From an uncultured delta proteobacterium (GTDB lineage Bacteria; Desulfobacterota; RBG-13-43-22), in NCBI GenBank assembly GCA_963743305.1, contig CAVUPH010000007.1:32001-96000 (forward strand): a stretch of 64,000 bases of DNA. The letters are read 5' to 3'. The position numbers were made by a program, and so were the translations under genes. Under the pieces are notes generated by a model. It saw nothing but the letters and a program-made list of their open reading frames with translations. It was not told the origin of the DNA and searched no databases. Positions 19,711 through 31,701 of this stretch are shown piece after piece (within the stretch, counting starts at the first letter, position 1; every line of letters begins with the position of its first letter).

Positions 19711-20952
19711 TTGAAAAAACGCGTAGTGGTAACCGGTCTGGGACTGGTGACTCCGGTGGGCATCGGGGTGCAGGAGAGCTGGGAAGCACTCTGCCGGGGT
19801 AAATCCGGGATCGGGCCGATTACCCGTTTCGACGCCGGCGGTTTTAAAACCCGGATCGCGGGCGAGGTCAAGGGGTTTAAACCCGAGGACTTTGTTCCCC
19901 AGAAGATGATCAGGCGGTTGGATGTCTTTATCCACTACGCCTTGGCGGCCGCCCGCATGGCGAAGGAACAGTCCCGCTTGCGGATCACCCCGGAATTGGC
20001 CCCTGGGGTCGGGGTAATCACCGGCAGCGGGCTGGGGGGGTTGCGGACCATCGAGGAAACCCATAAGACCCTGCTTTCCAGGGGTCCGGATCGGATCAGT
20101 CCGTTTTTTATCCCCATGATCATCGCCAATATGGCCCCCGGTCAAATCGCTATCGAATTCGGGGCCAAAGGCCCCAATCTTTCACTGGAGACGGCTTGCG
20201 CCGCCGGGGCCCATGCCATTGGGGATTCCTTCAAATTGATTCAGCGCGGGGCGGCCAAGGTGATGTTCTGCGGGGGGGTGGAATCGGTTATCACCCCCTT
20301 GGCGGTGGGCGGGTTCAATGCCATGAGGGCCCTGTCCACCCGGAACGACGAACCGGAAAAGGCCTCCCGTCCTTTCGATCGGGACCGGGACGGGTTTGTC
20401 ATGGGCGAAGGCAGCGGCATCTTGCTGCTGGAGGACCTGGACTTTGCCCTGGAACGAGGGGCTTTGATCCTGAGCGAAATTGTGGGCTATGGATTGACCG
20501 GGGACGCCTATCACATGACGGCCCCTTCACCGGATGGAGACGGGGCCATTCGCTGCATGCAGATGGCCCTGAGTGACGCCGGATTGGCCCCGCAGGAAGT
20601 TCAATACATCAACGCCCACGGCACCTCCACCGAGTTAAATGACGCCGCCGAGACCAAGGCCATCAAGGCCGTGTTCCGGGAGCACAGCCGTCAATTGGCG
20701 GTCAGTTCGACCAAGTCCATGACCGGTCACCTCCTGGGGGGCGCGGGCGGGGTGGAGGCGGTAATATCGGTCCTGGCCCTGATGAACGGGATGATCCCGC
20801 CAACCATCAACTATGAAACGCCGGATCCGGATTGCGACCTGGATTATGTCCCCAACCAGGTCCGGAAGGCGGATCTCTCTTGCGTCCTTTCCAACTCTTT
20901 TGGCTTCGGGGGGACCAATGCCGTGCTGATATTCAAAAAGTATGTGCCCTGA
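19711..20952 (+). CDS. fabF: 3-oxoacyl-ACP synthase II
   Basis: TACAAG, NAHGTST, KSMTGHLLG, SNSFGFGG. Confidence 0.97.
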   Translation: MKKRVVVTGLGLVTPVGIGVQESWEALCRGKSGIGPITRFDAGGFKTRIAGEVKGFKPEDFVPQKMIRRLDVFIHYALAAARMAKEQSRLRITPELAPGVGVITGSGLGGLRTIEETHKTLLSRGPDRISPFFIPMIIANMAPGQIAIEFGAKGPNLSLETACAAGAHAIGDSFKLIQRGAAKVMFCGGVESVITPLAVGGFNAMRALSTRNDEPEKASRPFDRDRDGFVMGEGSGILLLEDLDFALERGALILSEIVGYGLTGDAYHMTAPSPDGDGAIRCMQMALSDAGLAPQEVQYINAHGTSTELNDAAETKAIKAVFREHSRQLAVSSTKSMTGHLLGGAGGVEAVISVLALMNGMIPPTINYETPDPDCDLDYVPNQVRKADLSCVLSNSFGFGGTNAVLIFKKYVP

Positions 20953-21409
20953 AAAAAGAAAAATCGACCTGATCCTCGGCGCCGATCACGGGGGAGTGGC
21001 CTTAAAGGATGTATTGCTACCCTACTTGACGACCCGGGGAATCCCTTGGGAGGATGTCGGGACTTTTGGGACCGAGTCGGTGGACTATCCGGATCTGGCC
21101 GGAAAAGTGGCCCAGGCTGTTTCCCGGGGGAAAGTCCCTCGGGGAATCCTGATCTGTGGGACCGGGATCGGGATGGCCATCACCGCCAATCGCTTTCCCA
21201 AGGTGCGGGCGGCGGTCTGTAACGACCTTTTTTCGGCCAAAATGGCCCGGGCCCATAATGATGCCAATATCTTGGCCTTGGGCGGACGAATGATCGGACC
21301 GGGGCTGGCCCTGGAAATCGTGGAGACTTTTCTAAACACACCCTTTGAGAGGGGCCGTCACTTGAGAAGGATCCGAAAACTGGAGGTGGGTTGCTCGTGG
21401 GGGAAGTGA
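20942..21409 (+). CDS. rpiB: Ribose-5-phosphate isomerase B
   Basis: GADHGG, VDYPD, ICGTGIG, HNDAN, GRHLRR. Confidence 0.95.
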   Translation: MCPEKRKIDLILGADHGGVALKDVLLPYLTTRGIPWEDVGTFGTESVDYPDLAGKVAQAVSRGKVPRGILICGTGIGMAITANRFPKVRAAVCNDLFSAKMARAHNDANILALGGRMIGPGLALEIVETFLNTPFERGRHLRRIRKLEVGCSWGK

Positions 21410-22665
21410 GGAAAGGCAAAGGGCCGGCGCTGGCGCAGGTGGATCCCGAAGTCGCCCGGGCCATTCGCGGTGAGTTGAAAAGACAGAGCGAGAGGCTGGA
21501 ATTAATCGCCTCGGAAAATTTTACCAGCCGGGCCGTGATGGAGGCCCAGGCCAGCGTGTTGACCAATAAATACGCCGAAGGATACCCGGGAAAACGGTAT
21601 TATGGGGGCTGTGAATTCGTCGATCAGGTGGAAATCCTGGCCATTGATCGGGCCCGAAGGCTTTTCCAGGCCGACTATGTCAATGTACAGCCCCATTCCG
21701 GTTCTCAAGCCAACATGGCCATATTATTTTCAGCCCTGGAACCCGGGGATACCATTTTGGGCATGGATCTGGCCCACGGCGGACATCTGACCCACGGCAG
21801 CCCGGTCAGTTTTTCCGGGCGGTTTTTTAAAGTCCGCTCGTACGGGGTGGACCGTCAGACCCAGCGGATCGATTACGGTCAGGTGGCCGATCTGGCCGGA
21901 AGCTGTCGTCCCAAGCTGATTATTGCCGGGGCCAGCGCCTATTCCCGAATCATCGACTTTGCCGCCTTTGCCCAAATCGCTCGGGAAGTCGGGGCCTTCC
22001 TGATGGTCGATATGGCCCATATCGCCGGGTTGGTGGCCGCCGAACTTCACCCTTCCCCGGTGCCTTATGCCGACTTCGTCACCTCCACCACTCACAAGAC
22101 GCTGCGTGGTCCCAGAGGCGGGCTGATTCTGGCCAAGGAAAAATACGGCAAACTTTTGAACAGCCAGATTTTCCCGGGAATTCAGGGGGGGCCCATGATG
22201 CATACCATCGCCGCCAAGGCCGTGTCTTTTAAGGAGGCCTTGACTCCGGAGTTCAAGGTTTATCAGCAGCAGGTAATTCGCAACGCCCAAAAATTGGCGG
22301 CTGAACTTATAAACCGTGGCTATAAACTGGTGGCCGACGGAACGGACAATCATTTGATGCTGGTCGATTTGAGCACCAAGGATCTGACCGGGCTGGAAGC
22401 GGAAAAGGCCCTGGAAGCGGCCGGGATCACAGTGAATAAGAATAGTATTCCCTTTGAGACCAAAAGCCCGCGGATCACCAGCGGAGTGCGCATCGGAACC
22501 CCGGCCGTCACCACCCGGGGGATGAAGGAGTCCGAAATGGGACGCCTGGCGGAATTCATAGATCGGGCCTTGGCGCCGACGGCCAATAGCCAAGCGCTCC
22601 GGACTATTCGGGAAGAGGTTCGAAAATTCAGCCGGAAATTCCCGCTGTTCCCTCAAATCGGCTGA
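21391..22665 (+). CDS. glyA: Serine hydroxymethyltransferase
   Basis: [24 protein letters not shown]. Confidence 0.97.
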   Translation: MLVGEVRKGKGPALAQVDPEVARAIRGELKRQSERLELIASENFTSRAVMEAQASVLTNKYAEGYPGKRYYGGCEFVDQVEILAIDRARRLFQADYVNVQPHSGSQANMAILFSALEPGDTILGMDLAHGGHLTHGSPVSFSGRFFKVRSYGVDRQTQRIDYGQVADLAGSCRPKLIIAGASAYSRIIDFAAFAQIAREVGAFLMVDMAHIAGLVAAELHPSPVPYADFVTSTTHKTLRGPRGGLILAKEKYGKLLNSQIFPGIQGGPMMHTIAAKAVSFKEALTPEFKVYQQQVIRNAQKLAAELINRGYKLVADGTDNHLMLVDLSTKDLTGLEAEKALEAAGITVNKNSIPFETKSPRITSGVRIGTPAVTTRGMKESEMGRLAEFIDRALAPTANSQALRTIREEVRKFSRKFPLFPQIG

Positions 22666-22668
22666 CCG

Positions 22669-23124
22669 ATGAATGCCGCGGGGCGACCTAGCTGGATTGA
22701 GTATTTTATGGATATCGCCGACCTGGTAGCCAAGCGATCCACTTGCCTGCGCAGGCGGGTGGGGGCCGTGGCGGTCAAGGAAAAAAGGATCCTGGCCACC
22801 GGGTACAACGGAGTGCCGTCCGGGATTCCCCATTGTCTGGATGTCGGTTGCCTGAGGGAACAGGAAGGAATACCTTCGGGGGAACGGCATGAGCTTTGCC
22901 GGGGGATTCATGCCGAGCAGAACGTGATCATCCAGGCGGCCTATTCCGGGGTAGCGATCCAGGGGGCCTCGCTGTACTGCACCAACTTGCCTTGCCTTAT
23001 CTGTTCTAAGATGCTGATCAATGCCGGGATTCGGGAAATATTTTATCGGCAAGGGTACGCGGATCGTCTCTCCGAGGATATGCTCGAGACCGCTCGGGTG
23101 CCTTTAATCCAGATTACCCGGTAA
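22669..23124 (+). CDS. dCMP deaminase family protein
   Basis: RSTCLRR, GYNG, HAEQN, PCLIC. Confidence 0.9.
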   Translation: MNAAGRPSWIEYFMDIADLVAKRSTCLRRRVGAVAVKEKRILATGYNGVPSGIPHCLDVGCLREQEGIPSGERHELCRGIHAEQNVIIQAAYSGVAIQGASLYCTNLPCLICSKMLINAGIREIFYRQGYADRLSEDMLETARVPLIQITR

Positions 23125-23163
23125 AAAATACGGCCGGAACTTGCGGACGGAAAAAGGGTTGCC

Positions 23164-23664
23164 ATGAAATGTCCCTATTGCAGTTCGTTCAATAATAAAG
23201 TGGTGGATTCCCGGTTGAGCAAGGAAGGGCTGCTGATCCGCCGGCGAAGGGAATGCGACGATTGTCAAAAACGTTTTACCACTTATGAAAAAGTGGAGGA
23301 GATCAACCCGGTGGTCATCAAGAAAGACGGCCGTCGGGAACCCTACGACCGGGACAAGGTGGCCGAAGGGATCCATCGGGCCTGTCGCAAGCGGCCCATC
23401 AGTGTGGAGGACATTGAAGCTTTTCTGGATACCCTGGAACAAGCGCTGCAGGAGTCAGGACGGAAGGAGATCTCCTGCTCGGAGATCGGAGAAAGGGTCA
23501 TGGCCCAGCTTCATGAATGGGATGATGTGGCCTATGTCCGCTTTGCCTCGGTTTACCGGCAATTCCAGGATACCAGCGATTTCATGCAGGAACTGAAAGA
23601 CCTCCTGGAGAGCAAAAAACGGGGGAAAAAGGTCGGTAAGGGCAGGAAAGCGGACGGCCAGTGA
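23164..23664 (+). CDS. nrdR: Transcriptional repressor NrdR
   Basis: MKCPYC..DSR..RRRREC..RFTTYE, ATP cone, AYVRFASVY. Confidence 0.97.
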   Translation: MKCPYCSSFNNKVVDSRLSKEGLLIRRRRECDDCQKRFTTYEKVEEINPVVIKKDGRREPYDRDKVAEGIHRACRKRPISVEDIEAFLDTLEQALQESGRKEISCSEIGERVMAQLHEWDDVAYVRFASVYRQFQDTSDFMQELKDLLESKKRGKKVGKGRKADGQ

Positions 23665-24767
23665 CCGGGAAACCCGAAGAGTCCAGCGCCTATCTGCGGC
23701 TGGCTTTGCGTTTGGCCCGCAAAGGATCGGGCCGGACTTCGCCGAATCCCCTGGTGGGGGCGGTAGTGGTCCGGGGCGGCCAGGTGGTCGGGGCGGGATA
23801 TCACCAAAAAGCGGGAGGCCCTCATGCCGAACGAATCGCCTTGGCGCAGGCCGGCCCCAAGGCCCGTGGGTCCACTTTGTACGTGAACCTGGAACCCTGC
23901 AACCATACGGGGCGCACCCCTCCCTGCACCGAAGCCATCCTGGAAAGCGGCGTCAAGAAAGTGGTTTTCGGGATGGAGGATCCCAACCCGCGGGTCACCG
24001 GCGGCGGCGGCGCTTATCTGCGGTCCCGGGGAATTGAGGTGGCGGGTGGGCTCCTGGAAAGGGAATGCCGGGCCCTGAATGAAGTTTACCTGAAGTGGGT
24101 GACCACCGGCTTTCCCTTTGTCACCTTGAAAGCCGCCCTGAGCCTGGACGGAAAGATTGCCACCCGAAGTGGTGATTCCCAGTGGATCAGTAATGAACTA
24201 TCCCGGGCCAAGGTACATCGGCTTCGGAGCCGGGTGGCTGGAATCCTGGTGGGCAGCGGAACGGTCCTGGCCGACGACCCGCTCCTGACTCCCAGGCACT
24301 CTCGAAAAATTGTCCGGACCCCGTTAAGGGTGATTGTGGACCCGCACCTGAAAACCCCCCTGCCGGCCAGGTTGTTTTCAGACCCGGGACCGGTGCTGAT
24401 TGCCGCCGCTGAAGGCGCGCCGAAAAAGAAGGCGGCCGCCCTGGAGCGAAAAGGAGTCAACCTGTTATTCCTTCCGGCTCGGGGAGGACGGTTCGATCTG
24501 AAGGCCTTGCTGGCCTATTTGGGGCGGAAAGAGATCACCGATCTTCTGGTGGAAGGAGGGGCAGAGATATTCGGTTCATTTCTAAGCCAGGGACTGGCCG
24601 ATCGGATCTGGCTGTTTTACGCCCCGATACTCATCGGCGGTCAATCGGCCAAGGGAATGATCGGGGGGCGCGGGGTGGCCACGGTGGCCGAGGCCTCAAA
24701 ATTTGAGCGCCTGAAGTGGCAGTCTCTGGGTGGTGATTTTTTTGTGGAAGGCTATCTCCAGAAATGA
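23661..24767 (+). CDS. ribD: Riboflavin biosynthesis deaminase/reductase
   Basis: [32 protein letters not shown]. Confidence 0.96.
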   Translation: MTGKPEESSAYLRLALRLARKGSGRTSPNPLVGAVVVRGGQVVGAGYHQKAGGPHAERIALAQAGPKARGSTLYVNLEPCNHTGRTPPCTEAILESGVKKVVFGMEDPNPRVTGGGGAYLRSRGIEVAGGLLERECRALNEVYLKWVTTGFPFVTLKAALSLDGKIATRSGDSQWISNELSRAKVHRLRSRVAGILVGSGTVLADDPLLTPRHSRKIVRTPLRVIVDPHLKTPLPARLFSDPGPVLIAAAEGAPKKKAAALERKGVNLLFLPARGGRFDLKALLAYLGRKEITDLLVEGGAEIFGSFLSQGLADRIWLFYAPILIGGQSAKGMIGGRGVATVAEASKFERLKWQSLGGDFFVEGYLQK

Positions 24768-24807
24768 AAAGGTGCTACTATAATCAGAGGACGCCAGAGG
24801 ACAGACA

Positions 24808-25464
24808 GTGTTTACCGGATTGATTGAAGGGCGGGGGACGGTCGCGCGTCTGGAAAAAAATGGCCGGAGCCTCCGTCTGTGGGTCAAGGCTGGATTTCCC
24901 TGGCCCGATCCCCGGGTGGGAGAGAGCATTGCGGTCAATGGAGTCTGCCTGACGGCCACCTCCTGGCAGGATGCGGTCTTTTCCGTGGATGTTTCCGAGG
25001 AAACCCTTTCCCGTTCCACCTTGAATCTGTTAAAGATCGGGGCCGGCGTAAATCTGGAAAGGGCCTTGAGACTCTCCGACCGCCTGGGAGGCCATCTGGT
25101 GACGGGTCATGTGGACGGGTTGGGGGAGATCAGCCGCAGAGAAATCCGAGGAGATTTTTGGTGGATCCAGATCGCCTTTCCCGAAAACTTGGGGCCCTTT
25201 ATCGTCGAAAAAGGGTCCATTGCCGTGGAGGGGATTAGTTTAACGGTCAATAAGGTTTCCGGGCTCACCTTGGACTTGACGATTATCCCCCAGACGGCCG
25301 ACCAGACGACCCTGGCGGCGAAAAAGGTGGGGGAGGCGGTTAACCTGGAAACCGACCTGATCGGTAAATATGTGGTTCATCTTTTCCAGCGGACCCGATC
25401 GGCAGGAGCGAAGCCGGAATCCAAAATAAACGCGGATTTCTTAGCCCGGCACGGATTTTTATAA
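24808..25464 (+). CDS. ribE: Riboflavin synthase (alpha chain)
   Basis: MFTGLIE, NGVCLT, NLERAL, GGHLVTGHVD. Confidence 0.96.
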   Translation: MFTGLIEGRGTVARLEKNGRSLRLWVKAGFPWPDPRVGESIAVNGVCLTATSWQDAVFSVDVSEETLSRSTLNLLKIGAGVNLERALRLSDRLGGHLVTGHVDGLGEISRREIRGDFWWIQIAFPENLGPFIVEKGSIAVEGISLTVNKVSGLTLDLTIIPQTADQTTLAAKKVGEAVNLETDLIGKYVVHLFQRTRSAGAKPESKINADFLARHGFL

Positions 25465-25501
25465 TGAACGTTAGAAATTTCGAAAACAAGGAGCAGCGCG
25501 T

Positions 25502-26707
25502 ATGCCCATGGTAGCGATTGAAGAGGCATTGGAAGATATTAAAGCCGGGAGAATGGTCATCCTGGTGGATGACGAAGACCGGGAGAATGAGGGGGACCTG
25601 ACCATGGCCGCCGAGAAGGTCACCCCGGAGGCGATAAGTTTTATGGCCAAGCACGGGCGGGGTTTGATTTGCCTCTCCCTGACCCCGGAACGGATCGAGC
25701 AGTTGCAGTTGCCCATGATGGTCCAAAACAATACCTCCCCGTTTAAAACGGCCTTTACTATTTCCATCGAGGCCCGGCGGGGTGTAACCACCGGTATTTC
25801 AGCCCACGACCGGGCAACGACCATCCGGACGGCTATTGCCGAAGATACCCTCCCGGAGGACCTGGTCAGTCCCGGTCATGTGTTCCCGTTGCGGGCCCGT
25901 AAGGGCGGGGTTCTGGTGCGTACCGGTCAAACGGAAGGGTCGGTGGACCTGGCCCGGATGGCCGGCTTAAAACCCTATGGGGTGATTTGTGAGATCATGA
26001 AGGATGACGGGACCATGGCTCGCCTTCCGGATCTGGAGATCTTCGGCCGGGAACACGGGTTGAAAATTATTTCCATCCGGGACCTGATTGAATACCGATT
26101 CCAGAACGAATCTTTCGTGCACCGGCGGGCGGAAACGGTTCTGCCCACGGCCTATGGGGCTTTCACGGCCATTGTCTATGAAAATGACGTGGATGAACAC
26201 CAGCATCTGGCCCTGGTAAAAGGGGAAATCAAATCGAAAGAGGAAATCCTGGTCCGGGTTCATTCCGAATGCCTGACCGGGGATGTCTTTAGATCGTTGC
26301 GCTGTGACTGCGGAGACCAGTTGATTTCCGCCCTGCAGCGGATTGAGGAAGAAGGCCGGGGGGTCCTCCTCTATATGCACCAGGAGGGTCGCGGGATCGG
26401 ACTGGTCAACAAGCTGCGGGCCTATATGCTCCAGGATCAGGGAAAGGACACCGTGGAAGCCAATGAGGCCTTGGGGTTTAAGGCCGACCTGCGCGATTAC
26501 GGTATCGGGGCCCAGATCTTAGCCGATTTGGGAGTGCGCAAAATGCGCCTGATGACCAATAATCCCAAAAAAATAATCGGCCTGGAAGGCTACGGGATCC
26601 AGGTAACCGAACGGGTGCCGATCGAGGTCTTTCCCCAGAAAGAGAATATCAACTACTTGAAAACCAAATGCGAAAAAATGGGGCATCTGCTAAATTTGCC
26701 CCTCTGA
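25502..26707 (+). CDS. ribBA: Bifunctional DHBP synthase / GTP cyclohydrolase II
   Basis: [37 protein letters not shown]. Confidence 0.97.
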   Translation: MPMVAIEEALEDIKAGRMVILVDDEDRENEGDLTMAAEKVTPEAISFMAKHGRGLICLSLTPERIEQLQLPMMVQNNTSPFKTAFTISIEARRGVTTGISAHDRATTIRTAIAEDTLPEDLVSPGHVFPLRARKGGVLVRTGQTEGSVDLARMAGLKPYGVICEIMKDDGTMARLPDLEIFGREHGLKIISIRDLIEYRFQNESFVHRRAETVLPTAYGAFTAIVYENDVDEHQHLALVKGEIKSKEEILVRVHSECLTGDVFRSLRCDCGDQLISALQRIEEEGRGVLLYMHQEGRGIGLVNKLRAYMLQDQGKDTVEANEALGFKADLRDYGIGAQILADLGVRKMRLMTNNPKKIIGLEGYGIQVTERVPIEVFPQKENINYLKTKCEKMGHLLNLPL

Positions 26708-26729
26708 ATTTAATTGTCGGGAGGGGAAC

Positions 26730-27200
26730 ATGACTAGAGTCTATGAGGGAAAACTGCAAGCGGAAGGGATGAAATTCGCTTTGGTGGTCAGCCGCTTTAA
26801 TGATTTTATCAGTGATCATCTGCAGGGAGGGGCCCTGGATGCCCTGATCCGCAACGGGGCCCGAGCGGAGGATGTGGATGTTTTTAAAGTCCCCGGGGCT
26901 TACGAGATCCCTTTCCTGGCCAAGAAAATCGCCCTGCTCAACAAATACGATGCCGTGATTTGCCTGGGGGCGGTGATCCGGGGGGCTACGCCCCATTTTG
27001 AATACGTCAGCGCTGAAGTATCCAAGGGGGTGGCCACTGCCTCCCTGGAAACCGGGGTGCCGATGGTCTTCGGCGTGATCACGGCCGATACCTTGGAACA
27101 GGCCATTGAAAGGGCCGGATCCAAGGCCGGCAATAAAGGTTGGAGCGCGGCCATAGCGGGGATTGAGATGGTCGATCTCCTTCGTCGGCTGAACGATTAG
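26730..27200 (+). CDS. ribH: 6,7-dimethyl-8-ribityllumazine synthase
   Basis: [27 protein letters not shown]. Confidence 0.97.
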   Translation: MTRVYEGKLQAEGMKFALVVSRFNDFISDHLQGGALDALIRNGARAEDVDVFKVPGAYEIPFLAKKIALLNKYDAVICLGAVIRGATPHFEYVSAEVSKGVATASLETGVPMVFGVITADTLEQAIERAGSKAGNKGWSAAIAGIEMVDLLRRLND

Positions 27201-27237
27201 CCTTTTATAGAAAATCCCGAAGACTTCTTCCGACGTT

Positions 27238-27750
27238 ATGGCCAGTCGACGGCAATCCAGGGAATCGGCCATTCAGGCCCTTTACCAACTGGACTTAAAT
27301 CCCGGGGACTTTCTACAGGGGTTGATGCTTTTCGAGAACAATTATCCTCCCCCGGAGGACGGCTATCCCTTCTTCCGAAAATTGGTTCAAGGGGTTTGTG
27401 AACAAAAGAAAGCCATTGATCTACTGATTCGCCGTCATTCTCAGCATTGGCGGTTGGAGAGGATGTCTCCGGTGGATCGCAATATCCTGCGGTTGGCCGT
27501 CTATGAACTGCGGTTCGGCGGTGAGACGCCTCCCAAGTCCGCCATCAATGAAGCCATCGATTTGGGAAAACGATATGGAAGTGAAGAATCCAGCGCCTTT
27601 ATCAACGGGATACTGGATAGTATTTTAGCCGAGATCCAAACGCCGGTCGCAGAGGCGGGGTCGCCGGAAGAAATAGATCGGGAGGGGAATAAAACACCTC
27701 TTCCGGCCTCCGGAAAGGCGAAGGGACGACCGAGGAAGGGCAGGGCATAA
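27238..27750 (+). CDS. nusB: Transcription antitermination factor NusB
   Basis: RRQSRE, DRNILRLAVYE, INEAI, FINGILD. Confidence 0.95.
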   Translation: MASRRQSRESAIQALYQLDLNPGDFLQGLMLFENNYPPPEDGYPFFRKLVQGVCEQKKAIDLLIRRHSQHWRLERMSPVDRNILRLAVYELRFGGETPPKSAINEAIDLGKRYGSEESSAFINGILDSILAEIQTPVAEAGSPEEIDREGNKTPLPASGKAKGRPRKGRA

Positions 27751-27799
27751 ACCTAAGTTATTCTTGCTCGGATGGACTGTGGAAGGGTTACTGGAAAAC

Positions 27800-27884
27800 A
27801 TGAACATCGAACATCGAACGTCCAACATCCAACGTCGAATGGGGATGTTTGTTTTTCATTCGATGTTGGACGTTCGACGTTCAT
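27800..27884. repeat. Inverted heptamer arrays forming a long hairpin
   Basis: ATGAACATCGAACATCGAACGTCCAACATCCAACGTCGAATG ... CATTCGATGTTGGACGTTCGACGTTCAT. Confidence 0.7.
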
Positions 27885-27958
27885 CTTTCAAAACACCCCT
27901 AGACGGCACAAATGAAGTCTTTGAATGTTTATAAAACAACTTATCGCTTAGGGGGGAA

Positions 27959-30463
27959 GTGGGATTGGTCATAAAAAACAAATATAATCCGGAAGCGATT
28001 GAAACCAAGTGGCAGGTCCGCTGGGGAAAGGAAAAACCGTACCGGGCCCAAGAAGCGCCGGATCGGGAGAAATATTATCTCCTGGAAATGTTTCCCTATC
28101 CCTCCGGGAAGATCCACATGGGGCATGTGCGCAACTACTCCATCGGAGACGTGGTGGCCCGTTATAAAAGGATGCGGGGTTTTAACGTCCTCCATCCCAT
28201 GGGCTGGGATGCCTTCGGAATGCCGGCGGAAAATGCGGCCCTGGCCCGCGGCATTCATCCGGCCCGCTGGACCTACGACAATATTGCCGCCATGCGGGTT
28301 CAACTGAAACGCTTGGGTTTCAGTTACGACTGGGACCGGGAGCTGGCCACCTGTGATCCCTCCTATTATCGCTGGGAGCAGCTTTTTTTTCTCAAGATGT
28401 GGGAACGCGGGCTGGTGGTTCGAAAAAAATCGCAGGTCAACTGGTGCGCCCACTGCCAAACGGTCTTAGCCAACGAGCAAGTGGTGGGCGACGGCCGTTG
28501 CTGGCGCTGCGATCAGACTGTGGGCTCCAAAGAACTGGAACAGTGGTTTTTTCGGATCACCCGGTATGCCGATGAGCTGTTGGAGGGTTGTGCCGCCCTT
28601 TCCGGTTGGCCGGAAAAGGTCCTGGTCATGCAGCGCAACTGGATCGGCAGGAGTGAAGGGGCGGAAATCGATTTTCCTTTGGAAAAGGGATCGGGCGTCC
28701 TGTCGGTCTTTACCACGCGTCCCGACACCTTGTTCGGCGCCACCTTCATGAGCCTGGCGCCGGAACATCCCCTGGTCCGGGAATTGATCCGGGGCACGTC
28801 ACAGGAAAATCCGGTTCAGGATTTTATTCGGAAGGTGCAGGCCCAGGATCCGTCCCAGCGACTGGATGCGGACCTGGTCAAGGAAGGCATCTTTACCGGG
28901 GCCTATTGTCTCCATCCGCTGACCGGGGAGCGGATGCCCATTTATGCGGCCAATTTCGTAGTCTGGGGTTACGGAACCGGAGCGGTTATGGCGGTCCCGA
29001 CCCATGACCAGCGGGATTTTGAATTTGCCCGCCAATACGGGCTTCCTCTCCGGGTAGTGGTCCAGCCGCCAGAAGCGCCTCCGTTGACGCCGGAGGCTAT
29101 GACCGAGGCCTATGAAGGGCCCGGGCATCTGGTCCATTCGGGACCCTTCAACGGCCTGGAGAACGAGGCCGGCAAAGAAGCCATTACCCGGCATCTTGAA
29201 AAATCGGGGCAGGGGCGGAAGAAAGTCCAATACCGGCTGCGGGACTGGGGGGTATCCCGTCAGCGTTACTGGGGGGCGCCGATCCCCATGGTCTATTGTC
29301 CGCAATGCGGTATTGTTCCGGTGCCCGAGACGGAGCTGCCGGTGGTGTTGCCCCTGGAGGCCCAAATTCCGCCCAGCGGAGGATCGCCTTTGCCGCTGCT
29401 TCCGGAATTTGTCCAGACCCGTTGTCCGAAATGCCAAGGTCCGGGAAGACGGGAGACCGATACCATGGACACTTTTGTGGAATCCTCCTGGTATTTTGAG
29501 CGGTATACCTGTCCGGACTTCGATCAGGGGCCATTGGATCCGAAAAGGGTCCGCTATTGGATGCCCGTGGATCAATACATCGGGGGCATCGAGCACGCCG
29601 TCCTGCACCTCCTCTATTCCCGTTTTTTTACCCGAGTGCTCCGGGATCTGGGCTGGGTAACGGTCAGTGAACCCTTTACCAATCTCCTCACCCAGGGGAT
29701 GGTGATCAAGGACGGTTCCAAGATGTCCAAATCCAAGGGCAATGTGGTTGATCCCGATGCCCTGATTCGCCAATACGGGGCCGATACGGTCCGTCTTTTC
29801 TGCCTGTTCGCCGCACCGCCGGAAAGGGACTTGGACTGGAACGATCAGGGAGTGGAGGGATCCTTTCGTTTTCTGAACCGGGTCTGGAATCTGATCCAGG
29901 AAGATCGGGAGCTTCTGGAAGGAGCGGGTGCTATCCCGGACGCGGCCGCCCTGGACGGAAAAAATCGAAGTCTGTACATCAAACTGAATCAAACCATTAA
30001 AAAAGTCACCGAGGATATCGAGGACCGTTTTCACTTTAATACGGCCATCAGCGCCATTATGGAATTGGTCAACGCCCTTTATCTGTTCCGGGGTGAAGGA
30101 CTGCAGGATCCTCCGAGCCGGTCTGTTTTTTCTCAAGCCCTGAAAACCCTGCTGATCCTGCTGTCCCCCCTAGTCCCTCACCTGGCTGAAGAGCTTTGGG
30201 AGCTATTGGGCCAGGAGGGGCAGGCCCAGGGTCAGCCCTGGCCTGCCTGGGATCCCGGGGCCTTGACTGAAGAGGACCGGGTACTGGTGGTTCAAGTCAA
30301 CGGGAAGGTTCGCAGCCGGCTGACCGTGAAGGTCAGCGCCGCGGAAGGGGAAATGATACGGCAGGCCCTGGAAGACCCCAGAATTCAGGAATGGCTCCAG
30401 GGGAAGGAAATCATCAAAACGGTGGTCGTTCAGAATAAACTGATCAATATCGTCATTCGATAA
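27959..30463 (+). CDS. leuS: Leucine--tRNA ligase
   Basis: MFPYPSG..HMGH, FTTRPDT editing domain, KMSKS. Confidence 0.98.
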   Translation: MGLVIKNKYNPEAIETKWQVRWGKEKPYRAQEAPDREKYYLLEMFPYPSGKIHMGHVRNYSIGDVVARYKRMRGFNVLHPMGWDAFGMPAENAALARGIHPARWTYDNIAAMRVQLKRLGFSYDWDRELATCDPSYYRWEQLFFLKMWERGLVVRKKSQVNWCAHCQTVLANEQVVGDGRCWRCDQTVGSKELEQWFFRITRYADELLEGCAALSGWPEKVLVMQRNWIGRSEGAEIDFPLEKGSGVLSVFTTRPDTLFGATFMSLAPEHPLVRELIRGTSQENPVQDFIRKVQAQDPSQRLDADLVKEGIFTGAYCLHPLTGERMPIYAANFVVWGYGTGAVMAVPTHDQRDFEFARQYGLPLRVVVQPPEAPPLTPEAMTEAYEGPGHLVHSGPFNGLENEAGKEAITRHLEKSGQGRKKVQYRLRDWGVSRQRYWGAPIPMVYCPQCGIVPVPETELPVVLPLEAQIPPSGGSPLPLLPEFVQTRCPKCQGPGRRETDTMDTFVESSWYFERYTCPDFDQGPLDPKRVRYWMPVDQYIGGIEHAVLHLLYSRFFTRVLRDLGWVTVSEPFTNLLTQGMVIKDGSKMSKSKGNVVDPDALIRQYGADTVRLFCLFAAPPERDLDWNDQGVEGSFRFLNRVWNLIQEDRELLEGAGAIPDAAALDGKNRSLYIKLNQTIKKVTEDIEDRFHFNTAISAIMELVNALYLFRGEGLQDPPSRSVFSQALKTLLILLSPLVPHLAEELWELLGQEGQAQGQPWPAWDPGALTEEDRVLVVQVNGKVRSRLTVKVSAAEGEMIRQALEDPRIQEWLQGKEIIKTVVVQNKLINIVIR

Positions 30464-30546
30464 TCAGGCCGGCTGGCAAACCCCAGGGGTTTAAGAAAAA
30501 CGGATCACCCGGAAAAGGTTCGCACCGTCCGGAAAGAAGGAAAAAG

Positions 30547-31077
30547 ATGAATAAAAAAATAATCTTGAGGGTACTCCTGCTGCTGGGGTTTATGGCTTTG
30601 GGGTTGGTTAGCGGATGTGGGTATGGATTTCGGGGAGCGGTGAATAACCTGCCCCCCGATATTAAGGGGGTTAATATCCCGGTATTCGTCAACAATACCA
30701 CCGAAGGGGGGGCCGAGGTCGTTTTTGCCAACGCCTTAATTTACGAATTCACCCGCGGCGGGGTTATTGGGGTGGTTCCGGAAGCCAACGCCCAGGGAAT
30801 CATTTACGGAAGGATTAAATCGGCTACAGTGGATTCGGTGATTTACGCCAGTCAGACCCAGTCGGTGGACCGGAAGGTGACCGTGGTCCTGGAGGTCATT
30901 TTTCGGCGGGCGGACAACAAGAAAATCCTCTGGCAGAATCTGGATATGATCCGCTATGAGAATTTCCGAGCAGGGGCGGATCCCAATCAGAACGATCGGA
31001 ATCGGGAGGAAGCCCTGAGAAAGATTGCCAAGGACCTGGCGGAAAGAATTTATAGTGGAATTTTAGAAAATTTTTAG
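30547..31077 (+). CDS. lptE: LPS assembly lipoprotein LptE family
   Basis: Lipobox VSGC followed by GYGF; conserved position after leuS. Confidence 0.8.
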   Translation: MNKKIILRVLLLLGFMALGLVSGCGYGFRGAVNNLPPDIKGVNIPVFVNNTTEGGAEVVFANALIYEFTRGGVIGVVPEANAQGIIYGRIKSATVDSVIYASQTQSVDRKVTVVLEVIFRRADNKKILWQNLDMIRYENFRAGADPNQNDRNREEALRKIAKDLAERIYSGILENF

Positions 31078-31141
31078 TCGCCGCCTAAGGAGACCACCGG
31101 TCGTCCTTTCGTTGGATCATGGAGCGGAGACCGGCGTTTTC

Positions 31142-31417
31142 TTACGCGGACGGGACGGAGTGTCGGTTCAGCTTTTTCGACAACCGGGATATCTTCCGCG
31201 AAGCCGTACGAGGGTGTACGACTCCTTTGGAGGCGGCTCGGTCGATTTGGGCCATGGCCTGAATCAACGCCGGGCGGGCCGATTCAACGGTGCCAGTCTC
31301 CAAGACTTGATAAAATTTCTTAATAGTTGTTTTAACTAATGATTTTGTGCTCACGTTACGCAGGCGACGCGCCTGGGACTGCTTCACCCGTTTCAAGGCT
31401 GAGGGATGGTTGGCCAA
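31142..31417 (-). CDS. rpsT: 30S ribosomal protein S20
   Basis: ANHPSALKR..IDRAASKGVVH..ASRKISRL. Confidence 0.97.
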   Translation of the reverse strand: MANHPSALKRVKQSQARRLRNVSTKSLVKTTIKKFYQVLETGTVESARPALIQAMAQIDRAASKGVVHPRTASRKISRLSKKLNRHSVPSA

Positions 31418-31503
31418 AAGGTTCTCCTTTTTCTTGAAAAAAATTTAAAATAGGTATACTATAGTCATTTATTAAAAAAGTCAACGAATTTATTTGGCAC
31501 GAT

Positions 31504-31579
31504 GGGGATGTAGCTCAGATGGGAGAGCGGTACGTTCGCAACGTACAGGCCGGGGGTTCGATCCCCCCCATCTCCACCA
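31504..31579 (+). tRNA. tRNA-Ala (anticodon CGC)
   Basis: GGGGATG/CATCTCC acceptor stem with G3:U70, anticodon arm GTACG-TTCGCAA-CGTAC, TTCGA T-loop, encoded CCA. Confidence 0.95.
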
Positions 31580-31701
31580 ATGAATATTCATTATTAATTC
31601 ATAATTTATCTTCCCTTTATTTTCATGCCTCACGGGGCATGATGTTGAGTACGGCTTCGTCCGGAAACCCCTTTTGCCGAAGGGGATTTAAGGTATGTAG
31701 G

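Noticed and set aside
23600-25500. FMN riboswitch for rib genes
   Set aside because: Genes overlap or are tightly packed; no RFN consensus
31519-31701. N-terminal extension of hisB in the ORF track
   Set aside because: Overlaps tRNA-Ala; homology starts at ATG 31702
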